A stretch of DNA of 61,799 bases, filler included, from Sphacelaria rigidula (Eukaryota), in the NCBI GenBank assembly GCA_964200075.2. It is 10 parts of 10 records of this genome, joined end to end, with 100 filler letters (N's around TTAATTAATTAA, not from the genome) between each part and the next. Parts side by side here need not be neighbours in the genome. Positions count along the whole stretch, not along the records: positions 18,573 to 24,662 come from CAXNAA020022301.1; positions 24,763 to 30,852 come from CAXNAA020022302.1; positions 30,953 to 37,042 come from CAXNAA020022303.1; positions 37,143 to 43,232 come from CAXNAA020022304.1; 6 more parts are not named here. One strand, given 5' to 3'. A program made the translations under genes and the position numbers. The notes under the pieces are model-generated. The model was given only the letters and a program-made list of their open reading frames with translations. It ran no database searches and was not told where the DNA came from. Every line of letters starts with the position of its first letter. Positions within the stretch are counted from its first letter, which is position 1. Positions 23,883 to 37,714 of the stretch are shown here, one piece after another.

Positions 23883-24662
23883 CAACATTCCTACTATCAC
23901 GCTCAGCCCGCTAACACGGCCCCCTCTCACGTAGCCCCCGCCCATTCTGGCGCGTTTCAACCGCCACACCAGACTCCTAGCCCCCCCACAAACACATCTA
24001 CTACCCCGAACACATCCCGTCAGAATGGGACCCATGACTCTACCGATGCCAAACGTACCACCTGACGGTGTTTGGGAAACGCGCAATACCCCGCGTTTCC
24101 ACATAACCGACGGGGTACCTTTACATGTGTGACCGCTTGTAACCCTTCGCAGTCACCCTCTTTACATTTTGATAACACTTCTACTTCACACCTCGTTGTC
24201 GACCATAGTTCCGCAGTCGGGTCCCAGCAACCTTCAACAACAAACCGCGGCGAAATATTTTCTTTCACTCAGCCAGTACACCATCACCACTTAACAAAAT
24301 CCTCGTCGGCCAGCGTGGGTTCTCGCTTGTGGTGTGGGTACGCTGGCGATGACCGTTCTGTCATGATGGGTTCCATGACAGCACAGTCCCGTGCACCATT
24401 GCATGACTCCCAAATGCGCAATGACCAACCCCAGTGTTTTCATACTGGATCTGATCACCCAGTTGTATTTCCGAGTGGTAGTAGTCGATGCCAGTTGGAT
24501 CCGATCGCCCGCGGAATCGGCAGTCATGTAGCGTTGCGCCTACCGCCTTAGAAGCAGGAACATCTTCTGATACGGTAGCTGCTATCCCTACGACCGTTCA
24601 TCGTAGGATGGAACGTTTACAGAGACTCCCCAGCCCCGAGAAGGACTCAGGAGTCCAGTCGA

Positions 24663-24762
24663 NNNNNNNNNNNNNNNNNNNNNNNNNNNNNNNNNNNNNN
24701 NNNNNNTTAATTAATTAANNNNNNNNNNNNNNNNNNNNNNNNNNNNNNNNNNNNNNNNNNNN
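24663..24762. other. Artificial contig linker
   Basis: N44-TTAATTAATTAA-N44. Confidence 0.99.
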
Positions 24763-24825
24763 ATACACCGAAAGGGGTAGACTGGTGCCCAGAATATATG
24801 GGACGACAACACACACACACACACA
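24763..24825 (+). mobile_element. SINE family 1, 3' tail
   Basis: CCGAAAGGGGTAGACTGG..CCAGAAT..ATGGGACGACAA(CA)n is the reverse complement of the tail end of the other copies. Confidence 0.7.
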
Positions 24826-27800
24826 TTGAATTCTGAACAGAGTTGAAGCAAAGTAACGCAAAACGTGCTGAGCTGATTAGCAGATACGGCTCGAGCTGTG
24901 TGTGTTTGGTTTTTGCGGGAGTAATGAGTTCCTCAGGTTCACTTCTGATTGTGATGGGTCGTGTGTCACGCCTTTGCCTGTGCCCCTGTCAAGGAGACGT
25001 CTATGTTCCTCTTGGGGTTGACAAGAAAACGTCTTTACAAAAACGATTTTCGGGCACTTTTTCGGGGAGGGCGGTATCGCAGCGGCCAATCACAGGCAGT
25101 TTTTTCCAAAAATGTTCTTTCTTTTGAACGATTGGTTTTCGATAATAACCCGCCCTACCTCCCATGCCTCCCCCTTACCCCCCCCCCCCCCCGTTTAAAC
25201 GCTATATGTATATGTGTAAATACGGTGGGGATCCCAGTATAGTGCGGTGGGTCGCTCACCCGGCGTGACCGCACTATGCTGGGACCCTGCACTCTTGAGG
25301 TACCGGGTAATTGCTTGATCTGAGTATAGCGGATAAGACCACTTTGTATGGCAGTCGAAAAAACGGATCTGTACGCAGATCAGGGGACCTCAGATCCGGG
25401 AACGCATTGTATGGGCCCCAATTTGGCCCAAATTGGGGAAGCTCAAATTCGTTTGTCACGATTTGAGAACGGTTCTACTCGAATCTGAGCGCAGATCCGT
25501 GGAAAACCGAGGTCCCCCGAATCTGTAGCAACTGATGTACGTATGTTGACGTACAGTGATGGGGCAACAGGCGTTTGGTAGTTTGGCAATAACACCAACA
25601 GACAGTCTCGTGACAGCACAGACAGTGCCCGCGGGCGCCGGCTTCTGGAGCAGCTCCGCACGGAGTTTGACAAGCGGATAAGAAGTGTTGACGCCGTACC
25701 CGCGCGGTGATGGCAACATTTTATGCTGCACTGTGCTGCTGTATGTATCATCATAACGAATGATAGTGTACTATCGTACACTCTGCTGTCGCGGTTGTTG
25801 CAGGGTGATGAATGACACTGCACTCGTAAAGTCTTGTCGCACACTGTGCAATGTTCTCGCAATACCGACTGCATCATCATGTGTTACCACACGGCATTAT
25901 CGTGTACTGTGATTGTGCAGTGTACTTCACTGCATCATGCCCTAGGGTACCACGGTACGACGCTGCTCTTGAAGGATGATTCCCTGCCTGTCTGTTCTTC
26001 GGCTTCACTGTGATACCACACCCGCCCAGAACATGACCGTTCGTGTACAGAACAACTTCAACAAGTCTGTGAAGCCATACAGAGGTACACACGAATCTGA
26101 GTTTCACGAATCTGGGTCCCCCCGATTTGGCACAGATTCGGATCCCGCCAGATTCGGGATTGCCTGCCATACAAAGTGGTCTAAGACTTGTGACAAGTCA
26201 TTTCCACTGCACTAAGGTGGGACCCCGCACTTCAAGGGACTGCCCGTGGTGGGACACCCACTCTACTTATCAGATATATTGAAAAGCGTAAATGTATCTC
26301 CGCCCCATAGTTCGTTCAATCAAGTGAAGACTTGAGCTTATTCCCATACTTAAACCAAGGAAAAAATGGAGTATATCGGAATCGTTTCTTCCAGTACGCT
26401 CTGCCTTTCCACTTGACGTGAAGAATGGACAGTGCGACCGACTAGGCAGAATCGGTTGTGCTTCCAGCTTGACGCTTATCCAGTGAGGGAAGACACTCCA
26501 ACGCGGCATTGCCTGCAGGTGCAGCACCTGCACCACGACTGACCGCGCCACTTATGGTGTAGAGTTGCGTATAACCCAGAGCGTACTGCTCTACTGCTGC
26601 GCACCCACAGCACAAGCGCATCACGCCTCGAGCTAAAATAACCTCTCCCTTACAAATTGCGTCATGTTCACCTCCGTGCCAGTCAAATACAACAAATATG
26701 TACTCTAGAACCAAGACAAATGTAGATAAATTGTGTCATGGTATACTATTTGGCTGCACGCCGGTACTCAAGGAGCACCGAGTACATCCAAACGGAATTT
26801 GACTCGACTTCTCACTGACTGCTTGCACCGTACGGATCCCCAACTTGGCACTTTTGTGTTCCGTGATGGGTGGTATTGAGTAAACGCCAGTTGTTTTTTT
26901 GTTTTGTTGATTATCAATAATTTCATGCTGACTCGGGAGACGTAGTACGCTTACTTCATCTCGTGTTGATGGGGAAGGCTTCAAGGGCGGAGTAGAACCA
27001 GTTCCTAGAGGACAGTTGTGCACACCCGCCGGTCCAACCAACACCATTTTGGGATCCACTTGCGCACAACAGCGCCGGGCGGATAGCGCACGCAACGGCA
27101 CGGACACTCACAACACCACAGCTCACACGCGCACATACACAGACGAGGCACCACCCGCTAGCGGCAAAAGCCAAGAGATAATATGGCGCGATACAAAATA
27201 AATCAAAGAACTGCGAGGGTATAGTCCATCTGGATCATGCACACGTCTTCCAAGTGAAATTGATGCTGATTGAATAGATAACCTACTCTCGGCGTCTAAG
27301 GCACGAGTGTACGCAGTATTCGAATATACCGTGGCACTGCAACACTGGCTATTGCAGTGCTGCAGTAGGGAAGTAGGCGGAGGCGAAACCTCTTTCTTAC
27401 CTCTGCTACAGCAAGGAAAGGTGGGGCTTTAGCCGTTGCCGTCCAACCCGCCACCATACCTGGGATTTTACTCCATGTTGTTCCAACACAGATTTGGGAA
27501 GTACGCTTCCAAAGACGCTGTGCTTCTTCCAATGCCCGTTGACTCCCTAACTTTTTAGTAAAGATGAGAAATCGCCGACGGAAAATCCCGATTAAACCTC
27601 CGACGGCGAGAGTAGGCCAACTGTTGAGTCGGCATCAACTTCACGTGAAGTAAGTATAAATGATCCAGGTGGACTGCATATTCTCACAGCCCAAGGGTCA
27701 AGTCAACGCAGTACGTCGTATTTGAATGGTGGTACTGTTTCACCGGCTATTCTAGTGCAGTAGAGAAGTAGGCATGGGCGAAACCACTCCCTCTGGTGCA

Positions 27801-28451
27801 GCACAGGGAAGGTGAGGCTTTCTACTGCTGTCCAACCCGCCACCAGAACCGGGGTTTTACTCCATACTGTACCAACAACTATTTGGGAAATATGTTTCCA
27901 AAAATTCATGCCTTTTTTTCCACGCCTATCTACTCCCTACCTCTAGACCGTGGTACTTGTTCCAATGCCCTGATATACATTGAAAACATATTGTATTGTC
28001 CAGCGTGTGGAATTTTGCGATGTATTGCCGGCGTAATATATATATATATTATATTGGTACCCTTGGACTGCACACGCATTACCCGCCCAATATATATTGA
28101 TGTCGTGGGAGTACATACATATTGCCCGCCCAATATAAATTGGTATCGTGGGATTACACACATATTGTCACATCAAAATATATTGGGGCAGTGTGGGCGA
28201 CGACATATGGCACGATCAATATATATATATATATATATATTGGGGCCGCGTGGGTGTCAATGCATTGACCGGTCAATATATGTATTGGATATTCCAAGTA
28301 TGGTGTACGCTTTGAGGAATATCCAGACGCGATGGATGCCGGAGCTCGTGCAGATTGGGAAAAGCTTCGAAGAAAGCCGCAGAACTTCGCGTGCATTACT
28401 GTAGAGAGTTGTCGAATGCGTTTGATATGTATATGTGTGTGTATATATATA

Positions 28452-28815
28452 CAAGCCGTACGGGACCCGGGGCTGCGCTCCGGTCCCTTCCGTCTTTTTC
28501 GAGGGTCTCGGTATTCTTGCCTTGCCAAGCCCTCGTGATATTGGATCCTCTCTCGAAATATTCATGCCCGCCGGAAACATTGCAGGACCACCGCGATCGC
28601 GCGTCCGTTCGAACGGTCGCGAACGCATATGTACCCCCGCGCAAATTAAAGTACGAATCTGCCAACCGGACCCCAAGCATCGGCATTGGCCCGAACACTC
28701 ATCTCCCGGGGCTGGTGCGGAGGAACTTGCCCACTAAAATCAGGATCGAACCTCGTGGACGCCTCGTTACAAAGTATGCTCGACGCTCGTGCGTTCGAAA
28801 TATTCTATTTATATA
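28452..28815 (-). mobile_element. Candidate non-autonomous Helitron
   Basis: GC-rich hairpin (28462-28487) 6 nt before a CTTG|T end on the minus strand. Inserted in a (TA)n tract without an evident TSD and absent from the paralogous site at ~16135. The 5' end is AT-rich but not a clean TC. Confidence 0.5.
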
Positions 28816-30061
28816 CAGTGGGGGTCACGGTTTAAGAGAGGGGTGTGGCAGATCAAGAAAACCTCTCTTAAACCGAATATATGGGTTATTGACAGTCTTT
28901 GAAGGACCGCTTGTGCCCTGGTGCCGAATCAAAGAGTTGAAAGAGCATTTCATATCGTTTATACAAAAATTTTGTGCACTACGGGACCCACATCCAGCAC
29001 GATCCCCCCTTTTGAAGAAATCGACATATTCCGCGTTTTCGAAGTTATCCCCACATCACCTGAACAAAGCGGCCAACCCAACACATGCACGCCACACACA
29101 CATCACATCTCGGAAGCAAACAACAAAACAAGGCAAAAAGACATAAATCCACACGTACTATACTCTACTCAGCACTGCTGTACAAGTGATTCTCTCACCA
29201 CCAGTTTTTTCCTAAAGTACCTACACTCGTCTTACCCAGCAAAAGACATATGACATGCGCTCATTGGCACCTTCTGCACCGCTACATGAAGTCTACCATG
29301 CAAGTTTGTTCTGTTTCCCTTGACCCAAATTCGTTCATCCAGGCCAGCTTGGCCTGACGAAGATGGTACGACACCTCCGCCATGTTACACCTCTCTGCTG
29401 TAATGCTGCTGTACAAACACTGTGTTACCCGCCGCGCAAGGCATCACGCTCGCAGCCAGTGGGGCTTGAAGCTGTTTGTGTATTACAACTGCTGGACGTA
29501 CCGAGATGTTGTTTTTCGGGCTACAGTGTGTGTGTGTGTTGTCGTCCCCTCTATTCTGGACGCCGTCGACTACCAAGTGATGAAGTCTACTGATGATGTG
29601 GGCGCACCAGTCGGGGTCACACAGGAGGAAGGTCAACACAGGCGCTTTTTATTTTTTATTTGTTTTCACTACCCCGCCTTCCTTCTGCGGTGCTTGCCTT
29701 TTATTTTTCATCGCGGGAGGGGTTCAGCAGTCCCTTTCCCTCGTCGACCGTTACGTCGAATTTTGTGTACCCACGACATAGTCGCTCTCCACCGTTGAGC
29801 ATGGTGTGAGAAAACATCCCAGATCACTCCGAGATTTGAACCCACGACCAAACCGTCAGAGGATTTCGAGGTTACCAACTACTGTACTGTACAGTAAAAG
29901 AGCGGGGGATTTGGGGGTGGATCCGGTGTAAGAGGAAAGAGAGTTCGGTTCAAGAGAATGGGTCCGGTTTAAGAGAAAGCAGGGTTCGGTTTAAGAGAGT
30001 AGTGTGCCAAGCTTTTTCGACCTCTCTTAAACTGAGCTCTCGTAAACCGCGACCCCCACTG
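28816..30061. mobile_element. Non-autonomous Tc1/mariner (pogo-like) element
   Basis: 25-bp TIR CAGTGGGGGTC(A/G)CGGTTTA(A/C)GAGAG, TA TSD (28814-15, 30062-63), subterminal CGGTTTAAGAGA repeats. Confidence 0.9.
29526..29880 (-). mobile_element. SINE family 1 nested in the mariner element
   Basis: (GT)n tail, conserved body, GAACCCACGAC..CCGTCAGA..GGTTACCAACT head remnant. Confidence 0.85.
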
Positions 30062-30852
30062 TATACTATTTGGCCAGAAAAATGGTGACAGAAGAGGCGA
30101 CCTGGTACATACGCCTTTTGATACCTATCTGGCCACCGGTGCGGGGCCGCCCATACCCTTCACAGGGTGTAATATTTCTTGGCTAAACATCACGGCGACA
30201 GAAAATGCGGGTCGATATGCCCCTTTTGGTACACCCCTGTGGTCACCGGTGCGGTGTTGCCTATACCCTGGACATATAACATATGCCAATACACTACCAA
30301 TACTTTGTATTGGAGACAGCACAACTATTGTCCTTTCAATATATATGTTGTGTTGAGATGTTCTCGGAGACATGCATGGAAGCAACAACATATATATATA
30401 TCTCATGTCATGATCGTGAAGTAATGCATGACAAAAAATATTGGTGCATTTGCTCCGGGAACGAAACATCCAATATATATTGTGCATGCCGGCCGTGTTT
30501 GTATTGAAGTGTCAATATATTTTGAGTCGAAGCGACGCGTAACATATATTCAGCATAATATATGTGGAACACAAACCATGCAAAAGTAGTGTTTTTCCAA
30601 TATATATTGCGCATGCTCATCACATAGCTGTGTGCAGCCAATATATATGGGACACGCTCGCGGAGGTATACATTGAGCGTTTTCGGCATGTGGTGATACA
30701 TCTTTCAATGGCGCACGCGAACATGAAACTGTCGACAATACTAGTTCCAATACACTTTCCGATCTACATGTTGAATCATCAATATATATATATATATAAA
30801 AGGAGTTCGGCGGCTTCCGCCGCCACGCTCAATGAGATCGATAGCCAAGGTA

Positions 30853-30952
30853 NNNNNNNNNNNNNNNNNNNNNNNNNNNNNNNNNNNNNNNNNNNNTTAA
30901 TTAATTAANNNNNNNNNNNNNNNNNNNNNNNNNNNNNNNNNNNNNNNNNNNN
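30853..30952. other. Artificial contig linker
   Basis: N44-TTAATTAATTAA-N44. Confidence 0.99.
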
Positions 30953-31021
30953 TTCCCTTCTCACCTTTGTCCGGCCTCAGTCGAGTGACGAAGGCCTACG
31001 AATCTGTTCTGGATGGGGGGA

Positions 31022-31100
31022 GGGGGGGGGGGGGGCGTACTCATTTGTTGCTCGCCTTAGTCGTTTGACCATTGACCACGCATCCTTTTCGAGACGGAAC
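31022..31100 (-). mobile_element. 5'-truncated 3' end of C-tailed LINE, family A
   Basis: G-run + CGTACTCATTTGTTGC..GAGACGGA, flanked on both sides by GATGGGGGG. Confidence 0.8.
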
Positions 31101-31540
31101 AGATGGGGGGGGCGTGTATTCGGGATCTTTCTGCCTTGGTCATCAGGTACGCGGGAAATAATACCTTCGGGTGACCACCGTTCAGATATTTTCAATTTAC
31201 AACACAAGAGCTGACCCAGCTAAAGATTCACTGGCAGCGACTCGTGCCGTCCATGTGTGAAGATAGCTTCATTCGTAGCGTATCAGTTCGTGTGCAATGA
31301 TCGATGAATACTCAAACCACTCAATCGCTGTACATATACAGTCACACCACCGGTCGTGACTGGCGGCTGTCTAGCACGGCATATCCACGATAGAATTCAC
31401 CCAAGACAACAAGGCCCACATGTTCGGGAGCGAATCGTGAATCGTGACGGGATCACGCAAAGGGACGACACCACGACGGGATTTTTGTCGAAGATGAGAC
31501 AAAACACAAAACGACACACCAAGTCTACCTCGGTCACAAC

Positions 31541-31755
31541 CTCGCCGGCAAAGCATGTTGCTCGTTCAGCCCACCTTGTGGTTCGCGTAGCGGAGGATTC
31601 CGGGCCCAGCCCAACGCAGAAAATAATAAATGTGTGGGGATGAACCACACGAACATGCAGCATCCCACGTAGGCGATGGGAAACGGTCGGTCGTAGTCCA
31701 TCTCGTGGGTGATCCGCTGCACCAGAACGCTTGAAAACGCCCAGATTACGGACAC
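31541..31755 (-). CDS. Internal exon of an SLC35F/THI74-like (EamA/DMT) transporter
   Basis: After a CAG acceptor: VSVIWAFSSVLVQRITHEMDYDRPFPIAYVGCCMFVWFIP, matching the SLC35F N-terminal pattern VxxIWxxSSxLxQxI...xPFxxxY...F...P. The donor (AG|GTTGTG) is tentative; other exons were not identified. Confidence 0.75.
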
Positions 31756-34700
31756 CTGCAGCACATCAGGTACGAGGTAAGGTGGCGTTAACAATCGCCA
31801 AGCAGGGGTATGCCAAGCACGTGCAGATTGCGAAACACGCACGTCGTGCGTGCATAGAGAAACGAAGCCTTTGCTGGAAAAGATCTGCTGTATCAGTTTG
31901 CCAAGTTGATTCTTATACTCCCGAAGACATCACGAAGCTCACCATTTTCGCGGTGTAAGATTACGAGCGTGTGACAAACATCGCACACATTGGATAGCTC
32001 ATGAGCCACCTAAAATAACTAGTCGAAGAGTACTCTCAGATCCCTTCTCCAAAAACGCACAAAACGTGACGGAAGGGTCCGACAAGTCAAAGTGAAGTCA
32101 AAGTGCTACTTCTGCGCTACTCAGCGTGCTCGGCGTCCAGCACTTGACGGAGGAAGTTTTTGAAGAAGGGGTCAAATCAGCTAGCTCATGATCCGGCTCA
32201 ATATACTAATAATAAGTAATATTCAGTATACCCATACCCATAAGCTGTCTAACAAAAACGTTGCACGTGCAAGCACGGCTTGACGAAGCATCTCGTGTGC
32301 TACGCGGATCGTAACACTCCGTCAACTCAGCGGAAATGTGGCAGCTCCGCTTGCTCATGAGAAGAGATGGTCGCGTCCGCTGGGTGCGCTCATGGAGTGT
32401 ACGGTGGCCTACAGACGCGGATCATGTTTGTGCACTCGACGTGATCACACACCGAGGACATGATGTGTTCATTGAGAGTACCTGGTGTGTGCACTACGCA
32501 GCTGCTGCATGCTGTATGAATCAATTCTCGCCGGCAGTAAGATAACCATGTGCAATGATGGCTTCGTCGACACATTCAGAAAGGCACAAGCAGCACCAGC
32601 GGAGATGAATCTACGAGAAACACGCGCCAAAATCAATCAACGCTGGCGTAACACGTCCTCATTAGAGCTAGCTCAAAACGCATGCCGGATCATCTACAGG
32701 GTCTGCATGAAAGCCAAAAACCACGTCAAGGGGCGTACACTCTAAAAACTCTTACAAGGCCCGGAACTGTCTGACGAGCAAGGGGAACTTATGACGCTGT
32801 TGTCGTTGCTCCTTGGCTCAAACACGCACGTGAAGGTTTGCTCGAGACCCGAGTCGGGAACTGTTCCGGGCACTGCCCAGGCAAGTACCGTACTTGGCGT
32901 GTTTCATCTGGACTCTTCTCTCGCCAGCCAGGTTCTCAAGTCGAACGAACACCCGGAAGGACCCTCGTGATTCTCGTTTGCACCGCGCCTCGACTTTTAT
33001 GGATGTACTGCTGTGTCCTACCTTTCATTCACACGACAACTCCGCTACTGTGCGGAAACGCCGCAACAAAAAGCAAGGATCACACTATGTTTTTGATCCA
33101 CAGTTACAAGGTGCCCCAACGGGATCCGCACCCGCAAGGCAGGGTGTTAACATCCTTCGAGTGGAACTTGTTGAACCCCCCTATAACGTGTTTGTTGCCC
33201 AGCGGCTGCAGCACTCCGTTCACGATCAAGCTTATTCCGAGTCGAGCAATGTTTCTCGTTGTTGGGTGATGACCATGCCATGCAGGTAGAGATGTTACGT
33301 GTGTCCGCTTGTGATCGACGAAGACGCCAAGAAAATGGTGTGAGTTCGGTCCTTTGCGGGGTCCCCTTCTAGTGCTTTGCAATACGATCAGCCTGGTCTA
33401 CGCTTGTACAGCAGGGTAGGGTAAGAAAAACGCGTCCGGCTGGATCGGCGCAATTGGCTGTGAAAGTAAAGTAATGTACTGCATTTTGCGTCGCCTTACT
33501 TTCACTTCCGGCCCATCGAGGGAAGCAAGACGTCATGCATCGATGCACCCACCACGCCGTGCCGTCATGATCCTATTGGAGTACTTTCTTCACAACTCAT
33601 TGATGGTATTACAAGTAGCTGCATATAGTACATTCATACCGCGGCTTGCATCCGCACTACCCTGCACATTGTCGAGACCCGCAATCCACACACAAGCCCC
33701 CAGAAAATACGCAATCGCTGATACAATATGTGGCCTTCAAAACCGAACAGGCGGCGAGCTGTCAATCACCCAAAACCTCTCCGGCGCCACGCTCCAACAC
33801 GCACCGCAATCGGCGGCGCGCAGACACACCGACCTTATTTTTTGCCCCGAGATACGCAGTGCCGTATACACAGTAGCGCACCGGTAAGTATTCGAGGCAG
33901 TACGACACCGTTACGGTCGAGGGTGCAAGATGCATTCGAGATACGACGTATGTGTATATGCATGTCTTACATTTGTGAATAGAACGGAGACAAACTTCAA
34001 ACAGACCGCACCCCAACCAAGCCGAACAGCGAAATTGGGGCATCCAACTTTTTGAGCCACTTTGAAGGTGCTCCCAGACCTTGATCGACGATACATCCGT
34101 GTCACCATGTGCCATTGGGCGACTCGAACATTTGTTTGCCCTCATTTTGTCAACATAACTCCGTGCTGGCTCTCAGGGGCTCACATGACAGCACAGTTGA
34201 ATGGGGGGCTGGTATACGGTGCGTTACTGTATGTTTTATGACGTACTGTAAGACCCTGGCGCCGATTGCAGGGTACCGTTCTTACAGGAAGCGACACCGA
34301 AGGCTGAAAAACATCTGTTGTGATTTACACTAGCACGAGAGTTAAGTGGACGCCGTTGACATAGAGTCGTATCGACCGCTAACGCGTGCGCTCTGTTTGC
34401 TGCGCGAATCCAAATACGGAAGAACTCATAGAAAGGTGACTTCTACACACATTAGACAATGGATTGCATTGGCAAGAAGTATACTGCGTACAGTAGCGAA
34501 TATCGCGTCTGCTACAGTAGATGCATAATGCACGCAGTACACTCTTCGCCGATGTAATATTTTGTCCAGGGTATGAACTTCCATCTCTCAGGCCCCATCT
34601 TGAAACACTACACCCACGAGCCCCCGTTACGCTTTTGTTCAACTTGGGAGCAGCGCACTCTATGTCAATTCCAAACAAATGCAACTCTTGATACGCACTG

Positions 34701-36266
34701 AGCGCAGCTGCTCAATTTCTATTGTGGATTTCCGGCAAGTGCTTCCAATTTTGGAGAGGTACTTGCTGCTGTAGTAATTGTAGTGCCGTGTCTGCATAAA
34801 CCTACTACTGTGAACGTCTGGCCCAAATTATTTTTCCGGGGAGCGGTTTCGAGGCGAGGGCGACATACTCTCAGAAAAATATATAGAGTAGCATTCTCCT
34901 CGAAATTTTCTCGATGCGCTCAAAAGAAATGCCCCTCCCGATCCCAGCGTCTTGGGGCGTAGAAACGCTTTGATACAAGTTGGGCGCAGTACATGCCGTC
35001 TGTAGCGCGAAATCCAGCATCAAAATTGTTGTCCTAACATGGATATCGTGGACTTCGAAGCTTGTTGAAGTAGGCAATTGCTCCCGGATCGGGAATGGGT
35101 GAATATCGCAGCAATCGCAGCAAATGATCTATACTATGCTTGCCTTCTGTTTTCCTCGAATATATTGTCAAGGCACAAAACACTTCAGCATCGTGTACAA
35201 GCATCATCAGGACTGTGTACCGATACCGATATACACCGATATATCGGAACAGTATGATACATCGTATCGTATCGTTTATTGGGACCGAGATATCGGCCGT
35301 TTACAGCTACCAGCTATAAGTAAGATATATAGGTCACTTTCCTTTCGATAACAACGTTCTATTCCGACCAATGCGGTGTAAGTGGTGCGCAGGACACTTC
35401 GTCGTGACAGATGTCTGCGGCGCCATGAGGTTCGGGGTCTGACAACTTCGATGACTCAACGTCTACAACGTTCAAGCAATTGACTCCTTGGGTCCTCACG
35501 ACCCGAAGCTTTCAACTATAGGAGACTCAGTTTTTATTGTTCAGTTTGACAAGCTTATGGAGAACAGTGTTTCAAGGTTCTCACCGGTGTCTTGAACCTT
35601 GTGGTTGAGACGTGTGTGCTACGTCTTGGTATGTGTGCAAGGCAATCGACATCAACTCTTCTATGGGTTTCACGCCAAACGTATTTTCTCTCCCACCGCT
35701 TAATGGGAGGACTGAGGACTGCACCGTATCAAACAAGTCGGCACAAACATCCCGAGTCGCGCATAAATCTATTGGTCCCGCCAGACGCTCCATCTCTGCC
35801 GAAGGAGCATCATGATTTTGTTGTGCTCCGTGTTGGCGTGTCTTTATTTTTGTCGAGTTTTTTCTCCTTGCTCAAGTGTTTCCGTCTCATTTTATTTACT
35901 GAAAGCATTTGGCATGGTTGCTGCACAGCTATTTTCCGATCAGTCCGGTGCTCATTTTGAAGGGAGATGAGCCCAAATCGCGTATTTCTTCTGTTCCGGC
36001 GGCGCTTCCAGCGAGGCCCCCCCACTAGCGGGCGGGGGCTGTTTTGACTCGAGCTGCGTCCCTGCCTGGCGCCTGTAAGGGGCAACCATCGAAATTGTCG
36101 CAATAACATCAACTCATCGGGGTCGACGATCTGCCGACACATATGATGTCATTCAACCCGACCGATACTCGACCCCAAGTATCAGGTCTCTATTTTACAG
36201 CAAAAAACAGATGAAAGTGCGATAATCAATCACTCGACCAATCAGTAAAAACAAATACGGTACAGT

Positions 36267-37042
36267 GTGACCATCGAGGATGGCCGCCCTGGCAAACACT
36301 GGGGGGACAACCTCCAGGAGAAGCTATTCATACGTGCACCGGGGGTTTCCATGCAGACGTGCACGACGGAGATGTTCGTCTGTAGTGTAAATTGGGTTAC
36401 TGCGACGAAGAACATGGGCAAATGGTATCTTGGGGTCGAGAAAGGGGAGGAAGAGTTCGAGGACACGTGGCGACACGACGACAAACGAGGATCGGATCGT
36501 CACCACAAAGGAGGGGCTGCTACATCATGAGCCGCCAAGCGGAGAGCTTTCACCGCTAGCACAACAACGGCAACAACTCGCGAGGAATCCAAGATGGAAA
36601 CGACCGAGAGATTGACCCGCGTGTACCCGATTAGGGGTGAACGCGAGAAGCTGGGCTCACACGGAAAATGATGCAGCCCCGTCTCCCCCCATCGATCGTT
36701 GAATTTGTCCTTGATCGGTGGTCTAGGGGTGTACCCTGGTACGTGTTCTGTACCTGCTTTGCAGTACTGTCTCCTTCTGTGGTCTTCCCTGTTTCTCTAT
36801 CTCCCCCCCTACCCTCCTCTCTGCATTTCTCCATTTCTTTTTTACTCCGGTGTGTGCAAGTAGCAGTTTGGTGTCTCGCTTCCGTAGGGTTCATGGGTGA
36901 GAGCTTCGTACCCAAAACCGTGCGGTCGAAAATAGACAAGTCACCATCTGTTCCCCCGGCTTCTATTTTTTTTTCATCGGATATTATTTTGCTTTTCGCG
37001 CAAGCCCTTTCCACCGGAGCCATGTTTGCAGAGGCCGGTCAT
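36267..37042 (+). mobile_element. RTE-like LINE 3' fragment
   Basis: GRPGKHWGDNL...WVTATKNMGKWYLGVEKG (GRPxxxWxD RTE C-terminal motif); paralog of 3412-3693; followed by a pyrimidine-rich UTR. Confidence 0.65.
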
Positions 37043-37142
37043 NNNNNNNNNNNNNNNNNNNNNNNNNNNNNNNNNNNNNNNNNNNNTTAATTAATTAANN
37101 NNNNNNNNNNNNNNNNNNNNNNNNNNNNNNNNNNNNNNNNNN
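37043..37142. other. Artificial contig linker
   Basis: N44-TTAATTAATTAA-N44. Confidence 0.99.
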
Positions 37143-37714
37143 AGGATGGCTGACACACTTATGAGCCTCTTTTTTCGTGCAACCAAATACCCCCCTCCCT
37201 ATCGTAGGATGACTCTTTTATATAGAGTGAATAGTGTGTCTGTTCACAAATTGTAGTGTCCACAGCGTATCTTACCTGCAACATGATTCAGCATGTAGTA
37301 CACAGTGCTTTTGGAGTTCACGGCTTTGCGTCACTGGGATGTTTGGAGAGCACGTACAGTGTACTATGAGAGCTTGCACAGTGTACTATGATGGAATGCT
37401 GCTTCGGCTCTTCGCACTATTTTCTTCTGTCTACCTACCATACGCACGATGAGCATAAATAGTTGACCGTAGGCTATGTAGTTTGTTTTGCCCCGTCGGT
37501 GCCCTGTGCTCCGTACCCGCCGCATTGCACTTCGTTACATGCCACCCACGCAGTGCGCCACCAACGGCTTTATGCACGAGCTCATCCGGGACGGTTCATC
37601 AGCACGCCGCGGCAGACGGTCAAAGCAAAAGTGAAATAACCTAGCCAAAACAATTGAATAAAGGCATAAAGGTCGAACGAGCACGAGTCAACGACCCAGA
37701 GGGCCTATGACTAC

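Noticed and set aside
33170..33265. HDQAYSES resembling a parvovirus/Polinton PLA2 motif
   Set aside because: Lacks the YxGPG Ca-binding loop and a supporting ORF; likely chance. The region 32340-33350 may be decayed coding DNA, but I could not assign it.
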